DNA from: Bacillus subtilis subsp. subtilis str. 168
Lineage (GTDB): Bacteria; Bacillota; Bacilli; Bacillales; Bacillaceae
Assembly: GCF_000009045.1 (NCBI RefSeq)
Contig: NC_000964.3
Location: forward strand, 2,400,001 to 2,432,000
Direction: 5' to 3'
Length of the DNA stretch: 32,000 nucleotides
This document shows, piece by piece, positions 17,185 through 27,891 of the stretch. Position 1 is the stretch's first letter, and each line of letters begins with the position of its first letter. The translations under genes were made by a program, and so were the position numbers. Under the pieces are notes generated by a model. That model made no database searches. It saw only the letters and a program-made list of their open reading frames with translations, and had not been told where the DNA came from.

Positions 17185-17903
17185 TCAGCGCCGACCTCAA
17201 ATTTATAACCTACACCCCATACGGTGACAATTTTTTTCGCAGCTTCCGGAGATACCTTGTTCAGCTTCTCTCTCAAGCGTTTGACGTGAGTGTCCACTGT
17301 CCGTAAATCACCAAAAAACTCATATTGCCACACTTCTTTCAGAAGCTTTTCCCGATCATACACCTTGTCAGGCGTTTTCGCTAAGAAATATAGAAGCTCA
17401 TACTCTTTTGGCGTCAGGCTCACTTCTGTTCCATCAGCTGTTACGCGGTGAGCATCATGGTCTATTGACAGATGTGAAAACACGAGCACATTTTTCGTCG
17501 GTGTATTGGCATTGAAATAAGAGGTTTGGGATGCTCTTCTCAAAAGGGCCTTTACACGCAGCACGACTTCTCTCGGGCTGAACGGCTTAACAATATAATC
17601 ATCTGTTCCCGCTTCAAACCCCTGCACCCGGTTTGCTTCTTCTCCTTTTGCGGTCAGCATAATAATGGGTGTCGCTTTTTTTTCACGAATTTGCCGGCAC
17701 ACTTCAATTCCATCAGTCCCCGGCATCATCAGATCAAGCAAAATTAAGTCATAATTGGCTTCAAGCCCTTTGGCAATGGCTTCATCACCATTTTCAGCTT
17801 CATCTATAGCATAATTTTCACGTTCAAGATACATTCTTAAAAGGCGGCGAATTCTGGCTTCGTCATCAACTACTAATATTTTTGTTTCGTTCGTTTGGTC
17901 CAT
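17181..17903 (-). CDS. resD: OmpR-family response regulator ResD
   Basis: Receiver domain ([17 protein letters not shown]) plus a winged-helix output domain. Start trimmed to ATG 17901-17903 (MDQTNETK, 240 aa) with GGGGGA upstream. Confidence 0.95.
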
Positions 17904-17983
17904 GTTTTCCCCCTGCTTTCCTTCTGTTACTTTCATTTTATCAAATCGTGAGAAAGTTTGAGAACTGTGTCGCTTTCAAAGGA

Positions 17984-19159
17984 CTATGCATAAGAATGAA
18001 GTCCGGCAAGCACAAGATTTACGAATATTAAATTAAACATAATAATAGCAAAACCGATTACGGCCAGCCATGCTGACTTCTCACCGTGCCAGCCTCTTGA
18101 CAGTCTTAAATGCAAGTAAGCGGCATAGAACAAAAATGTGATCAGCGCCCATACTTCCTTAGGGTCCCAGCCCCAAAATCTGGTCCACGCGAGCTGAGCC
18201 CAAATCATTGCAAAGATCAGCGCGCCGAGTGTAAAGATCGGAAATCCGATTGATACGGCCCTGTACCCAACCTCATCCACCAGATCAAGATTGACGTTTT
18301 TCACCAGCGGATGTAATAGAGCGCTGATTCTTTTTCTGATGATCAGACGGAGAGCCCCATACAACACAAGACCTGCTCCAAATGACCAAATGACAGTGTT
18401 CACTTTTCTGCCTGAGAAAAGCGCGGGAAGATCAACAAGCGGTTCCATTCTTCCTTCGGTCAAAAGCTCTCCCTGATGCGGACCGACAAGCGCGGGCATT
18501 TCGTACACCATCACGCTTTTTTCTTTACTTTTGTCCACCCAGTTAAACTCCGCTTCATAGCCTGCAAGACGAAATGCCGATGTGATTGCAATAAAGGCGA
18601 CGGTTGTGACCAGGATAAACATAATCGCTTCAAGCCAGAAGGTCTTTTTGCTTGGCTTTGTCTGGTCTACATGCTTCAAAAGAAAGATGACACCAGCGAC
18701 AAAGCTGATGGCAAGTATAGCTTGCCCAAGCGCGGCCGTTGTTACGTGAATATACAGCCAGTTACTTTGGAGCGAAGGAATTAAAGGCGAGATATCTGTC
18801 GGAAACATGCTGGCGTAGGCAATCAGCAATAAAGCAATTGACAGCGTAAACAGGCCTAATGAAGGCAATCTATAGAGAAAATAAAGAATGATAAACGCCA
18901 AAACAAGCATCATGCCAAAAGCGGTGGTGAATTCAAACATATTGCTGACAGGCGCATGGCCGCTTGCAGCCCACCTTGTGATGAAATATCCTAGGTGGCA
19001 GAAAAAACCGACAATAGAAAGGGTGATTCCAATGTTGGCCCATCGGTTTGGCCTGCCCTTTTTATCTTTATTCCCGCGTATGGCCCCGCCGAAGATTGGG
19101 ACAGCGATTAAATACACAAGAAAGGCCGCATAAAGAAAATTTCCGCTCAGCTCTGCCAT
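17984..19159 (-). CDS. resC: Cytochrome c biogenesis protein ResC (CcsA-like haem handling, System II)
   Basis: 391-aa polytopic membrane protein with a Trp-rich [10 protein letters not shown] (WWD-like) motif. Confidence 0.95.
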
Positions 19160-19178
19160 GACATCACTCCCTTTTCGC

Positions 19179-20807
19179 CTATTTCTGTGTTTTGATTAAT
19201 TCTTTTTGGTCCACCGGTTCAGTCAGTCCGGAATCAGCCAATATAAATGCTAAATCCTTCTTCAGGCCAAACCAGTTTTTATTGGTATGCCCTGCTACCA
19301 TAACTGCACCGTCCTGTGAGTGCAGCCAAATTCTTCGATGCTGCCAGTACATACCTTGAATGACACCGATCATAAAAATGGCTCCGCCGACAGCAAGCAC
19401 CCAGAGTGTCAGATCCTTTCTGACTGTAAGTCCAGTAATGTTTTTCGTTTCGACATGGTCAAATTTCAGCTTGTATTTATTATTGCCTGATCCTTCGATG
19501 GTTTCTTGGATGGCGACAAAGCTCTTTTCGCCTTTCGGTTTGTCCGGCGTTATGATATTAAAGACAAAAGCCGGATTGTTAGGGATCTTTGTTTTTGTGC
19601 TCGGCTCTCCGTCCTGATTAAAATAGAAGTCAGGCAGGTAGCTGGCGATTTCCACCTTGTAACCGTTACCAAGATCATAGACTGAATCTGGATCCAGAAG
19701 GTTGATCTTCAGGCTCCCAAAGGATTTTTTTGTTTTTTTATCAATCAGCTGGAACACCATTTGGTCAAGCTGATTCTCTTTGTAATCCACCTGGTAAACG
19801 GAAAAAGAATCAAAACGCAGCGGCTGATTGACACGGATGTCTTCTTCTGTTACTTTTTCCAGCTTCGGCTTCTCGCCATAAACAATTTTTCCTTCTCTCT
19901 TGTAGAGTACGGCATCAGTTTGAAAGTTCTTTGCCACTCTACCGTCCCCGACTCTGTCAATGGCATCTGCAAATACCTTTTTTTCCGTTTTGCTGTTATA
20001 GGTCTCTACGCTGAATTGATTGTTTTTCAAATAATATTTTCCGTCTGTACCCGGAATTGCTGCGGTTTCGCCTTCTCTGACCCAAAGCGTCTCATCGACG
20101 TACATGCCAGGCACAAATCTCAGCATCGCACCAATCAGAAAGATGATCAATCCAATGTGGTTGACATACGGGCCCCAGCGGGAAAAGCGTCCTTTTTCAG
20201 CAAGAATGCTGCCCTCTTTTTCTCTGATTCTATAATGTTTTTTCTTTAATAGAGTAACTATCTTTTCTTTCGATTCCCCGTTCAGTACAGTAACTGTTTC
20301 ACTGAACAAGCGCTGCCTTCTTAAAAAGGCCGGGCTCCTTCTGACACCTTGGTTTTTTAACGCTCTATACAACGGAATGACCCGATCAAGGCTGCAAATC
20401 ACGAGTGAAATGCCGATCGAGGCAATGAGCAGCAAATACCACCAAGAACCATATAAATGATGAAACCCGAGCAAATAATAAAGCTGGCCAAACGTGCCGT
20501 ACTGCTCCTTGTAATAAGTATCAGCCTGTGCGCCCGGAGGCAGATAGGCTTCCTGGGGAAAAATGGTGCCGAACGCTGATGCGGCAAGGGTTATGACGAT
20601 AAGCCATATTCCCACCTTAACCGAGGAAAAGAAATTCCAAATTTTGTCGATGATCGTTTTGTTATAGGTTTGCGAACGTCTTGCGCTTCCGTCATATCTC
20701 ATATCAGCGAGCGGAGGTTGAGTTTCCTGAAGAGCTCTTCCGCACGATTCGCATAAAACGGTTCCGACCGGGTTTATATGTCCGCATTCACATTTGACTT
20801 GCTTCAT
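19179..20807 (-). CDS. resB: Cytochrome c biogenesis protein ResB (CcsB-like, System II)
   Basis: 542 aa, ResB family. The ATGA overlap with the resA stop indicates coupling. It carries an N-terminal CxC-x10-CxxC motif. Confidence 0.95.
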
Positions 20808-21343
20808 CCCGAAGTCTCTCCGGGTTTTATGAGATTCATATAATCGTGTATCATGCTTTCTGTCATAGTGCCGGTCACCACCTTGACAACTTTTCCTTCC
20901 GGATTGATCAAAAAGGTTGTCGGAAGCGGAGATACGTCATAGGCATCAAGCACTTGGCGATCTGTATCCAGAACAACCGGGAAATTGACTCCGTAGGATT
21001 TCATAAAATTATGTACTGCTATCTTTGACTCCCCAACATTTACAGCGACAATTTCAACACCTTGGCTTTTAAAATGCTTATATTGGTTTGCCATATAAGG
21101 AAACTCTTTTTTGCACGGTTCACACCATGTACCCCAGAAATTCAAAAAAACACCTTTCCCTTTTAAGTCACTGAGCTCGATACGTTTCCCATTCGTATCC
21201 TCTAGGACAAAATTCGGTGCGTCGGACCCTTCGGATATACTCTCTTTGCCGGCAAATACAGCGTTGTAAATGGTATAGCCGAGTGCGCAGATTAAAACGA
21301 GAAGGATGCCGGTCCGAATGAATAAACGCCTTTTTTTCTTCAT
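20804..21343 (-). CDS. resA: Membrane-anchored thiol-disulfide oxidoreductase ResA
   Basis: Thioredoxin fold with WCEPC active site. Start trimmed to ATG 21341-21343 ([12 protein letters not shown], 179 aa). Confidence 0.93.
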   Translation of the reverse strand: MKKKRRLFIRTGILLVLICALGYTIYNAVFAGKESISEGSDAPNFVLEDTNGKRIELSDLKGKGVFLNFWGTWCEPCKKEFPYMANQYKHFKSQGVEIVAVNVGESKIAVHNFMKSYGVNFPVVLDTDRQVLDAYDVSPLPTTFLINPEGKVVKVVTGTMTESMIHDYMNLIKPGETSG

Positions 21344-21381
21344 TGTCCACTGCCCCCTTCCCCCTATTGCAGATCCATTCA

Positions 21382-21437
21382 ATTATATCATTGCACGTTC
21401 ATTTCACATTTCTTACTTTTTGAAGGTTATGTGAAAT
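21382..21437 (-). promoter_or_regulatory. Candidate resA promoter region: TATAAT -10 plus an inverted pair of TGTGAAA-containing 9-mers
   Basis: - strand TATAAT at 21382-21387. ATTTCACAT (21401-21409) and ATGTGAAAT (21429-21437) form a perfect 9-bp inverted repeat. TGTGAA resembles the published ResD-box core. Confidence 0.35.
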
Positions 21438-22172
21438 TTAGAAAGCGTTTTTACCGTGATCCGCCAGTGCTCTGAGCCTTTTTACTTCGTGAGGCGTAAG
21501 CTCTCTGGCATCGCCCGTGTGCAGGCCTCGCAGGTTTAAAAACGCGTATTCCTCACGCTTCAGCTTGATTACCTCATGTCCGATCGCTTCAAACATGCGG
21601 CGCACTTGTCTGTTGCGTCCCTCATGGATCGTCAGCTGAATAATGCTTGTCTGCTTTTTCTTATCCAAAGACAGCAGCTTCGCTTTAGCAGGCGCTGTTT
21701 TGCCTTCCTCCAGCCTAATTCCGCGCTCCAGCTTTCTGAGCAGCTCTTTAGGCGGGATTCCTTTCACCTTCGCCACGTATGTTTTGTCTATTTCATACTT
21801 AGGATGCATTAGCTTATTGGCGAATTCGCCGTCATTGGTTAAAAGCAAAAGACCGCTCGTATCATAGTCCAGACGCCCAATCGGATAAATGCGCTGCGGA
21901 ATATTTTTAAAAAAGTCCGTCACCACTTTGCGTCCTTTATCATCTTGCGCTGCGGAAATAACGCCTCTTGGTTTATATAAGAGAAAGTAAACCGGCTCTT
22001 CGCGTTCAACCTTTAACCCGTTTACCTCAATCTGATCAGAACCGGTGACCTTAACACCTAGCTCTGTTACTACTTTGCCATTCACCTTTACTTTTCCTTC
22101 TTTAATCAGCTCTTCTGCCTTTCTGCGCGACGCAACTCCGGCATGAGCAATCACTTTTTGCAGTCTTTCCAT
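21438..22172 (-). CDS. rluB: 23S rRNA pseudouridine synthase RluB (YpuL)
   Basis: S4 RNA-binding domain followed by the RsuA/RluB catalytic motif GRLDYDTSGLLLLTND. Start trimmed to ATG 22170-22172 (MERLQKV) with GAGGTGA upstream. Confidence 0.92.
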   Translation of the reverse strand: MERLQKVIAHAGVASRRKAEELIKEGKVKVNGKVVTELGVKVTGSDQIEVNGLKVEREEPVYFLLYKPRGVISAAQDDKGRKVVTDFFKNIPQRIYPIGRLDYDTSGLLLLTNDGEFANKLMHPKYEIDKTYVAKVKGIPPKELLRKLERGIRLEEGKTAPAKAKLLSLDKKKQTSIIQLTIHEGRNRQVRRMFEAIGHEVIKLKREEYAFLNLRGLHTGDARELTPHEVKRLRALADHGKNAF

Positions 22173-22244
22173 GTCTTTCACCTCAAGTATTATCTTACTT
22201 TTTTCAACCTTAACAAACAAGCTTTTTCAAATTCCTATGCCAAA

Positions 22245-22272
22245 TCTAAAAAAAACGCCGTTTTCAGGCGCT
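22245..22272 (-). terminator. Rho-independent terminator after dacB-spmA-spmB
   Basis: - strand GCGCCTGAAAACGGCGTTTTTTTT. The stem GCGCC/GGCG(T) spans the spmB TGA stop. Confidence 0.7.
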
Positions 22273-22800
22273 CCCAAATAATAACGTAACGATGATGATA
22301 GATGCAACTACGCCGATTAAATCTGCAAGAAGTCCCACCTTTAATGCATCACCCATTTTTTTAATGCCGACTGCTCCGAAATACACAGTCAGTACGTAAA
22401 GCGTTGTATCTGTAGATCCCTGCATGACGGAAGCCAGCCTGCCGATAAAGGAATCGGGCCCGTATACTGCAATTAAATCGGTCGTCATTCCAAGTGCGGC
22501 CGTACCGGAGATCGGGCGGATCAGAGCAAGCGGCACTACTTCAGCAGGGATGCCGATAGCGGAGAAAGCCGGTTTTAAAAGATCCATTATAAAATCAAGC
22601 GCGCCTGATGATCTGAAAACAGTTATAGCGACAAGCATTCCGACTAAATAGGGGATAATGGAAAAGGCAATTTCTATCCCCTCTTTCCCGCCTTCGACAA
22701 ACGATTCATATGTCGGAACCTTTTTGATCGTTCCATAAAGAAGAATTCCGGCAATAATGATTGGAATCATGGCTAAAGACAGCCAGTTGATGATTTCCAT
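22264..22800 (-). CDS. spmB: Spore maturation protein SpmB
   Basis: 178-aa polytopic membrane protein. Start trimmed to ATG 22798-22800 (MEIINWLS) with GGAAGGTGA upstream, 4 nt after the spmA stop. Confidence 0.92.
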   Translation of the reverse strand: MEIINWLSLAMIPIIIAGILLYGTIKKVPTYESFVEGGKEGIEIAFSIIPYLVGMLVAITVFRSSGALDFIMDLLKPAFSAIGIPAEVVPLALIRPISGTAALGMTTDLIAVYGPDSFIGRLASVMQGSTDTTLYVLTVYFGAVGIKKMGDALKVGLLADLIGVVASIIIVTLLFGSA

Positions 22801-22804
22801 CCGC

Positions 22805-23395
22805 TCACCTTCCCTTCTTTTTGCGGCGGTAATAAAAATACCGATCAATGATAATGGCACCGATTCCGGAAATAAGCGTTGCCAAAATGCTTGGCCCGAC
22901 GATATCTGTCGGCGTTTTGGAGGAATAAGCCATTCGGACAGCGATCACCGTTGTCGGGATGAGTGTGATGCAGGACGTATTAACAGCTAAAAAAGTAATC
23001 ATCGACCGGCTTGCTTCCGATCGGTTTCCGTTCAGCTTTTTCATTTGTTCCATTGCTTTAATGCCAAGCGGAGTTGCTGCATTTCCGAGGCCGAAGAAAT
23101 TCGCCATAAGATTAGATAAAATATAGCCCATCGCCGGGTGATCCGGCGGTATATCAGGGAACAGTTTAGATATAAAAGGTCTGCACATCCGGCTGAAAAT
23201 ATCCAAAAGCCCTGACTGCTCGGCGATTTTCATTAAGCCAAGCCAGAAAACAAGCACGCTCATCAATCCAAATGAGATCGTAATCGCTTCTTTCGCACCC
23301 TTAAACACGGCTTCATTTACATCTTGCAGAGTTCCGTTGCACATCGCAAAAACGAGTCCGATCACGGTTAAACTGACCCAAATTATATTGACCAT
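22805..23395 (-). CDS. spmA: Spore maturation protein SpmA
   Basis: 196-aa polytopic membrane protein. The start overlaps the dacB 3' end by 13 nt. Confidence 0.93.
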
Positions 23396-24531
23396 TTTGC
23401 TCCGCCTGCCGCATTCAGAAAGATTGATTTAAACGTTTCAAAAAATTGTTTCTTCGGTTTTTGATGCCGCTCATTTTCATAATAGATCGGCACTTTTGCG
23501 ATGGTTGCATCGTTGAACATGATCTCCATGTGCCCTACGATGTCAGGGATTTTCGAGGCATCTTTTTCCCATGCTTTTTTCGGCTTGAGCAGTGTGGTAT
23601 TAATTTTTACATTTTCTTTTTCCTCTTCGGTCAGCAAATAGGTGATATCACGTTTGATAAAAGCCTTCGATTCATAAAATGTGCCTTTCAGCTTTGGAAT
23701 ATCCCCTTTTTTTGCAATTAAATAGGTTTGATAATGCTCAAACACATAGTTAAACATCTTCATATGGTCATCCCAATCATTAGGGTCATTAATGGTGACG
23801 GCTATCAGGTCAATGCCGTCCTTTGAAGCCGTAGAGACCAGTGTCCGTTTTGCAAGTTTTGTATAGCCTGTTTTTCCTCCTGTGCTGTACGGATAAAGCA
23901 TGGTCAGCAGTTTGTTTTTGTTTTTCCATACGCTTTCCATCGTTTCCGCTTTGTATATTTTTGTGCCTGAAATCTTTTGATAGTCTTTCAGCTTCATAGC
24001 ATACTTAGTTAAAATGGCCATGTCATAGGCTGTTGAATAATGATTTTCATGGTCGTCCAATCCGTGCGGGTTTTGAAAACGGGTGTTTTTCATACCAAGC
24101 TGCTCGGCTTTTTGATTCATCATATAAACAAACCCATCGAGGCTCCCACCGACATGCTCAGCAATCGCGACAGCGGCATCGTTTCCTGATCTTAGCATCA
24201 GGCCATACACAAGATCTTTCAGCTTCACTTTTTGACCTTCTGTTAAATAAATGGCGGAGCCTTCTGTTCTGACAGCATTTGCCGAAACCGTCACTGTTTG
24301 ATCCATTTTGCCGGATTCGATGGCGAGGACGGCGGTCATAATTTTTGTGATGCTCGCGATCCGCCTTTTTTGATGCTCATCCTTGGCATATAACACTCTG
24401 CCTGACGCACCGTCAATAATGATCGCGCTTTTTGCACTGACATCTATAGCAGCATGTGCTGTATTCACATTTACGGTTGCAATAAGAAAAGAAATCATGA
24501 TCACGAATACTGCTTTTTTGAAAATGCGCAT
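23383..24531 (-). CDS. dacB: Sporulation-specific D-alanyl-D-alanine carboxypeptidase DacB (PBP5*)
   Basis: 382 aa with a signal peptide and the SxxK (SITK), SGN and KTG penicillin-binding motifs. Confidence 0.96.
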
Positions 24532-24562
24532 GTTTGCTCACGTCCTTGTGGTGGTTTGTACA

Positions 24563-24590
24563 AGTTTATGCGCATGTCCATCAGTTATGA
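24563..24590 (-). promoter_or_regulatory. Candidate SigE-type promoter of dacB-spmAB
   Basis: - strand TCATAA (24585-24590) and CATAAACT (24563-24570) resemble the SigE ATA...CATACA-T consensus. The operon is known to be mother-cell expressed. This is a match by eye only. Confidence 0.35.
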
Positions 24591-24619
24591 ATAACAATTA
24601 TATTTCTGGAAGCAAACAT

Positions 24620-24648
24620 AAAAAAACTCTCCCTGAAAAAGGGAGAGT
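24620..24648 (-). terminator. Rho-independent terminator after ypuI
   Basis: Stem ACTCTCCCT (24626-24634) / AGGGAGAGT (24640-24648), followed by T7 on the - strand. Confidence 0.88.
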
Positions 24649-24653
24649 AAACG

Positions 24654-25193
24654 TTATCTGATTGGCGCCATGCTTGATCCGGACGCTTCGTAATGAGCCA
24701 GCTCTTCCCTCATCTTCAGAAAGGCCGCGCTCAACGGCAATAATAATTGCTCAAGCGACGCAGGAACAGCATGATAAAACTCAATTGCGCTGACCCCGGT
24801 ATAAGACGCCCGGCTATTTTCACACCACGTGTCTTTTTTCGGCATAAAGAACTCTTCAATGCATTGGTGATACACATTATAAAGTGTTTTTTCCGCTCTG
24901 GCTTCCTGAAAAGGCTCCTGCATCAGGAGACGACGGCACGCTTCTGCGCCTCCTTCACAAAATACTGCCATTCTTCTCAGAGTGCTAAGCACATCACAGC
25001 AGTATCCTTTTTCAATAGGCAATTCAGCCTGTAAGGACTCAAGCGTCGTTTGATTTAGGTAATCGTTCACGGTATTGACAACCATTGATAAGAATTCGCC
25101 TGTTTTTTGAGTCTGCGCTCGCACAATCGAATGTCCCATTTCGTTTGGTATCTTCCCCTCATGTATTTGTCTCTCACATTTTGCTTCTTTCAT
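24654..25193 (-). CDS. ypuI: Conserved Bacillus protein YpuI, function unknown
   Basis: 179-aa soluble ORF with AAGGAAGAAG SD upstream of ATG 25191-25193. Synteny between scpB and dacB fits. Confidence 0.85.
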   Translation of the reverse strand: MKEAKCERQIHEGKIPNEMGHSIVRAQTQKTGEFLSMVVNTVNDYLNQTTLESLQAELPIEKGYCCDVLSTLRRMAVFCEGGAEACRRLLMQEPFQEARAEKTLYNVYHQCIEEFFMPKKDTWCENSRASYTGVSAIEFYHAVPASLEQLLLPLSAAFLKMREELAHYEASGSSMAPIR

Positions 25194-25247
25194 GATAGCT
25201 TCTTCCTTATATCTTATGATGATGAAAAAGCGCGATTCATTAAACTT

Positions 25248-25841
25248 CTATTTTATATCTTCGAAGGTTTGGTTAAAGTTTTCAAAAAATAAATCTGCTT
25301 CTTCTTGAAGAACGTCTTCTTCCGCATTTTCAGGCAGCGGCGGAAGCTCGTCCAGCGTTTTCAGACCGAATTGTTCAAGAAAAGTCGGCGTAGTACCGTA
25401 TAAAATGGCCCGCCCCGGACCATCGGCACGCCCTACTTCACACAATAGCGCCTTCGCGACAAGACTGTGTAAAATCCGCTCTGATTTTACTCCTCTGATT
25501 TCTTCAATTTCTGCTCTCGTAATTGGCTGTTTGTATGAAACAATGGCCAGTACTTCTAAAGATGCTTGAGAAAGGCCCTTTGACGGCACTTCAATCAGTT
25601 TTTTCAAGTAAGGCGCAAAGTCTTTTTTGGTAGAGAGCATGTACGTATCTGCATACTCAATAAGTTCAATCCCTCGTGTATCTCCGCGGTATTCGTCCGC
25701 CACATCCGCCATGATCGTGTTCAGTTCAGGCTCTTCGATTTCAAGCACTGTTAACAGCTGCTTTTTTGTAAGCCCTTCATCGCCTGCCGCATAAAGAAGG
25801 GCTTCCACAATAGCTTTCCAATTCACGATATCAAGCCCCAT
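25248..25841 (-). CDS. scpB: Segregation and condensation protein B (SMC complex)
   Basis: ScpB winged-helix family. Start trimmed to ATG 25839-25841 ([17 protein letters not shown], 197 aa), overlapping the scpA 3' end by 11 nt. Confidence 0.93.
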   Translation of the reverse strand: MGLDIVNWKAIVEALLYAAGDEGLTKKQLLTVLEIEEPELNTIMADVADEYRGDTRGIELIEYADTYMLSTKKDFAPYLKKLIEVPSKGLSQASLEVLAIVSYKQPITRAEIEEIRGVKSERILHSLVAKALLCEVGRADGPGRAILYGTTPTFLEQFGLKTLDELPPLPENAEEDVLQEEADLFFENFNQTFEDIK

Positions 25842-26586
25842 GAATGGATTCACTCCCCGTAATGTAAATATCTGAAAAATTGTGCTCCTGTTCAATGAGG
25901 ACCAGCTGATTTTTCATCAGCTCAAGAACAGCTAGAAAGGTCACTACTAAATGTTCTTTTTGCTCATATGGAAACAGATCCATAAAGTTAATTCTCGTTC
26001 CTCTAGATTTCAAGCTGTGCACGATTTCGTTCATTCTGGCTTCGATTGGTATGTCCTGTCTTGTAATTGTTGTTTCCATCGGCCTGTTTATTTTTTTGCG
26101 TTTCAGCACTTTTTGAAAAGCTCCGATCATATCATAGACCGTGACAGAGAGCTTTTGCTCAGACTGTTTTACTTCTTTTGCATATTCACTCAAATCACTC
26201 GGCGGTTTCGTGAACGATTTTTGTCTTTCTTCTTCCCGTTCTTTTAAATCCTTCGCCGCATCTTTATATTTTCGGTACTCAATCAGCTTTTCAATCAGTT
26301 CCTCCCGCGGATCTTCTTCTTCAAGTAATTCATCTTCAAAAAGCTCCTCCTCTTGCTTCGGGAGCAGCATTCTGCTTTTAATGCTGAGCAGCGTGGCAGC
26401 CATAACCAAATACTCGCTGGCAATGTCGAGCTCAAGCACGCGCATCGTATGTACATATAATAAATATTGTTCAGTGATCTTCGCCACAGGTATATCATAT
26501 ATGTCAATTTCAAGACGATTGATTAAATGAAGCAGCAGGTCCAATGGGCCCTCAAACGTATCAATTTTCACTTGATATTCTTCCAT
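25831..26586 (-). CDS. scpA: Segregation and condensation protein A (kleisin of the SMC complex)
   Basis: ScpA family ([12 protein letters not shown]). Start trimmed to ATG 26584-26586 (MEEYQVKID, 251 aa) with GGTGAG upstream. Confidence 0.93.
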   Translation of the reverse strand: MEEYQVKIDTFEGPLDLLLHLINRLEIDIYDIPVAKITEQYLLYVHTMRVLELDIASEYLVMAATLLSIKSRMLLPKQEEELFEDELLEEEDPREELIEKLIEYRKYKDAAKDLKEREEERQKSFTKPPSDLSEYAKEVKQSEQKLSVTVYDMIGAFQKVLKRKKINRPMETTITRQDIPIEARMNEIVHSLKSRGTRINFMDLFPYEQKEHLVVTFLAVLELMKNQLVLIEQEHNFSDIYITGSESIHGA

Positions 26587-26640
26587 CATCTCACCATTTT
26601 CAAGTATCACTCTCATTGCCGGAAAAACTGGCTACCCTAT

Positions 26641-26670
26641 AGTATAAGCCACCAAAAAGCTCTCGTCCAA
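26641..26670 (-). promoter_or_regulatory. Candidate SigA promoter of scpA-scpB
   Basis: - strand TTGGAC (26665-26670), 18-nt spacer, TATACT (26641-26646), about 55 nt upstream of the scpA ATG. Confidence 0.35.
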
Positions 26671-26866
26671 TACTATTTCATATCCTGTTTTGAAGGAGTT
26701 TGTACAGAATATTCAAAACACAAGAGGTGTTTGCTCGGAGCGCAGAAGCGGGAGAAAAAGCCTTTGCTTCTGGTTTTCCTTTCTAAGAAGCACTAGAGGC
26801 CGGGCGTTCTTTTTTCCTTTTATCCCTTCTATGGTACACTAAAAGCACATTAAAGGAGGAAGCACC

Positions 26867-27391
26867 TTGTATCCGAAAGCTTATATAGATTATCTCGTTG
26901 AGTTTCATGCGACACGGGATTATTTTGAATGCCATGAAATATTAGAAGAATATTGGAAGGAAGATCCGCCAAAGAAACGAAAACGCTATTGGGTGGGCTT
27001 TATTCAGCTTGCAGTGGCTTTATATCATCACAGAAGGCAGAATACAGCCGGGGCAAAAAGACTGATGGCGAACAGCATCCGGATTCTTCAAGCAGAACAC
27101 CGGGCAGTCGAAGACTTAGGGCTTGATCATGGCCGTTTGCTCGAACTTATGCAATCGGTTTACGAACAAATCGAAACCGTCTCTGCCTATAAAAGCATTA
27201 TACTGCCAATCAAAGATGAGAAACTGGAGGAAGCATGCAGGATCGAATGCAGGAAAAAAAAGTATACATGGGGGCAGCCCAGTGCACTCAGCAACATATT
27301 TCTTATCGACAAACACCGTTTGCGGGATCGGACTGACGTCATCCGTGAACGTGAAAAAGAAATAGAACGCAGAAAAAAAAGCAGAGACTGA
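26867..27391 (+). CDS. ypuF: DUF309-family protein YpuF, function unknown
   Basis: 174-aa ORF with a TTG start at 26867 preceded by AAAGGAGGA. It has a basic C-terminal tail. Confidence 0.85.
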   Translation: MYPKAYIDYLVEFHATRDYFECHEILEEYWKEDPPKKRKRYWVGFIQLAVALYHHRRQNTAGAKRLMANSIRILQAEHRAVEDLGLDHGRLLELMQSVYEQIETVSAYKSIILPIKDEKLEEACRIECRKKKYTWGQPSALSNIFLIDKHRLRDRTDVIREREKEIERRKKSRD

Positions 27392-27404
27392 TCACAGCCT
27401 CTGC
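27373..27404 (-). terminator. Rho-independent terminator of the rib operon, embedded in the 3' end of convergent ypuF
   Basis: Stem GCAGAG (27381-27386) / CTCTGC (27399-27404), followed on the - strand by T8 (27373-27380). It directly follows the ribT stop (27405-27407). Confidence 0.75.
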
Positions 27405-27812
<408 letters not shown>

Positions 27813-27849
27813 CTATTAACGGATACGAATAGGTGATCCGTTTTCTCAC

Positions 27850-27855
27850 ATTATA
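27850..27855 (-). promoter_or_regulatory. Candidate -10 box of an internal promoter upstream of ribT
   Basis: - strand TATAAT in the 112-nt ribH-ribT spacer with only a weak -35 (GTTTAA). An internal promoter ahead of ribT (P3) has been described for this operon. My placement is tentative. Confidence 0.3.
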
Positions 27856-27891
27856 TCATTTTCGCCATATTTTTAAACTGTTTTCAGCAAA

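Noticed and set aside
19761-20249. 162-aa + strand ORF
   Set aside because: It is antisense to resB. There is no SD or motif support.
26141-26530. 129-aa + strand ORF with a striking poly-Ser tract ([19 protein letters not shown])
   Set aside because: It is the mirror image of the Glu/Leu-rich ([18 protein letters not shown]) linker of ScpA on the - strand. The low-complexity tract is an antisense artefact.
26731-26796. Possible ~21-codon small ORF (TTG start, ..LGAQKREKKPLLLVFLSKKH) in the scpA-ypuF spacer
   Set aside because: The only SD-like sequence (AAGAGGTG) sits 1 nt from the TTG, which is too close. It uses a non-ATG start and has no other support.
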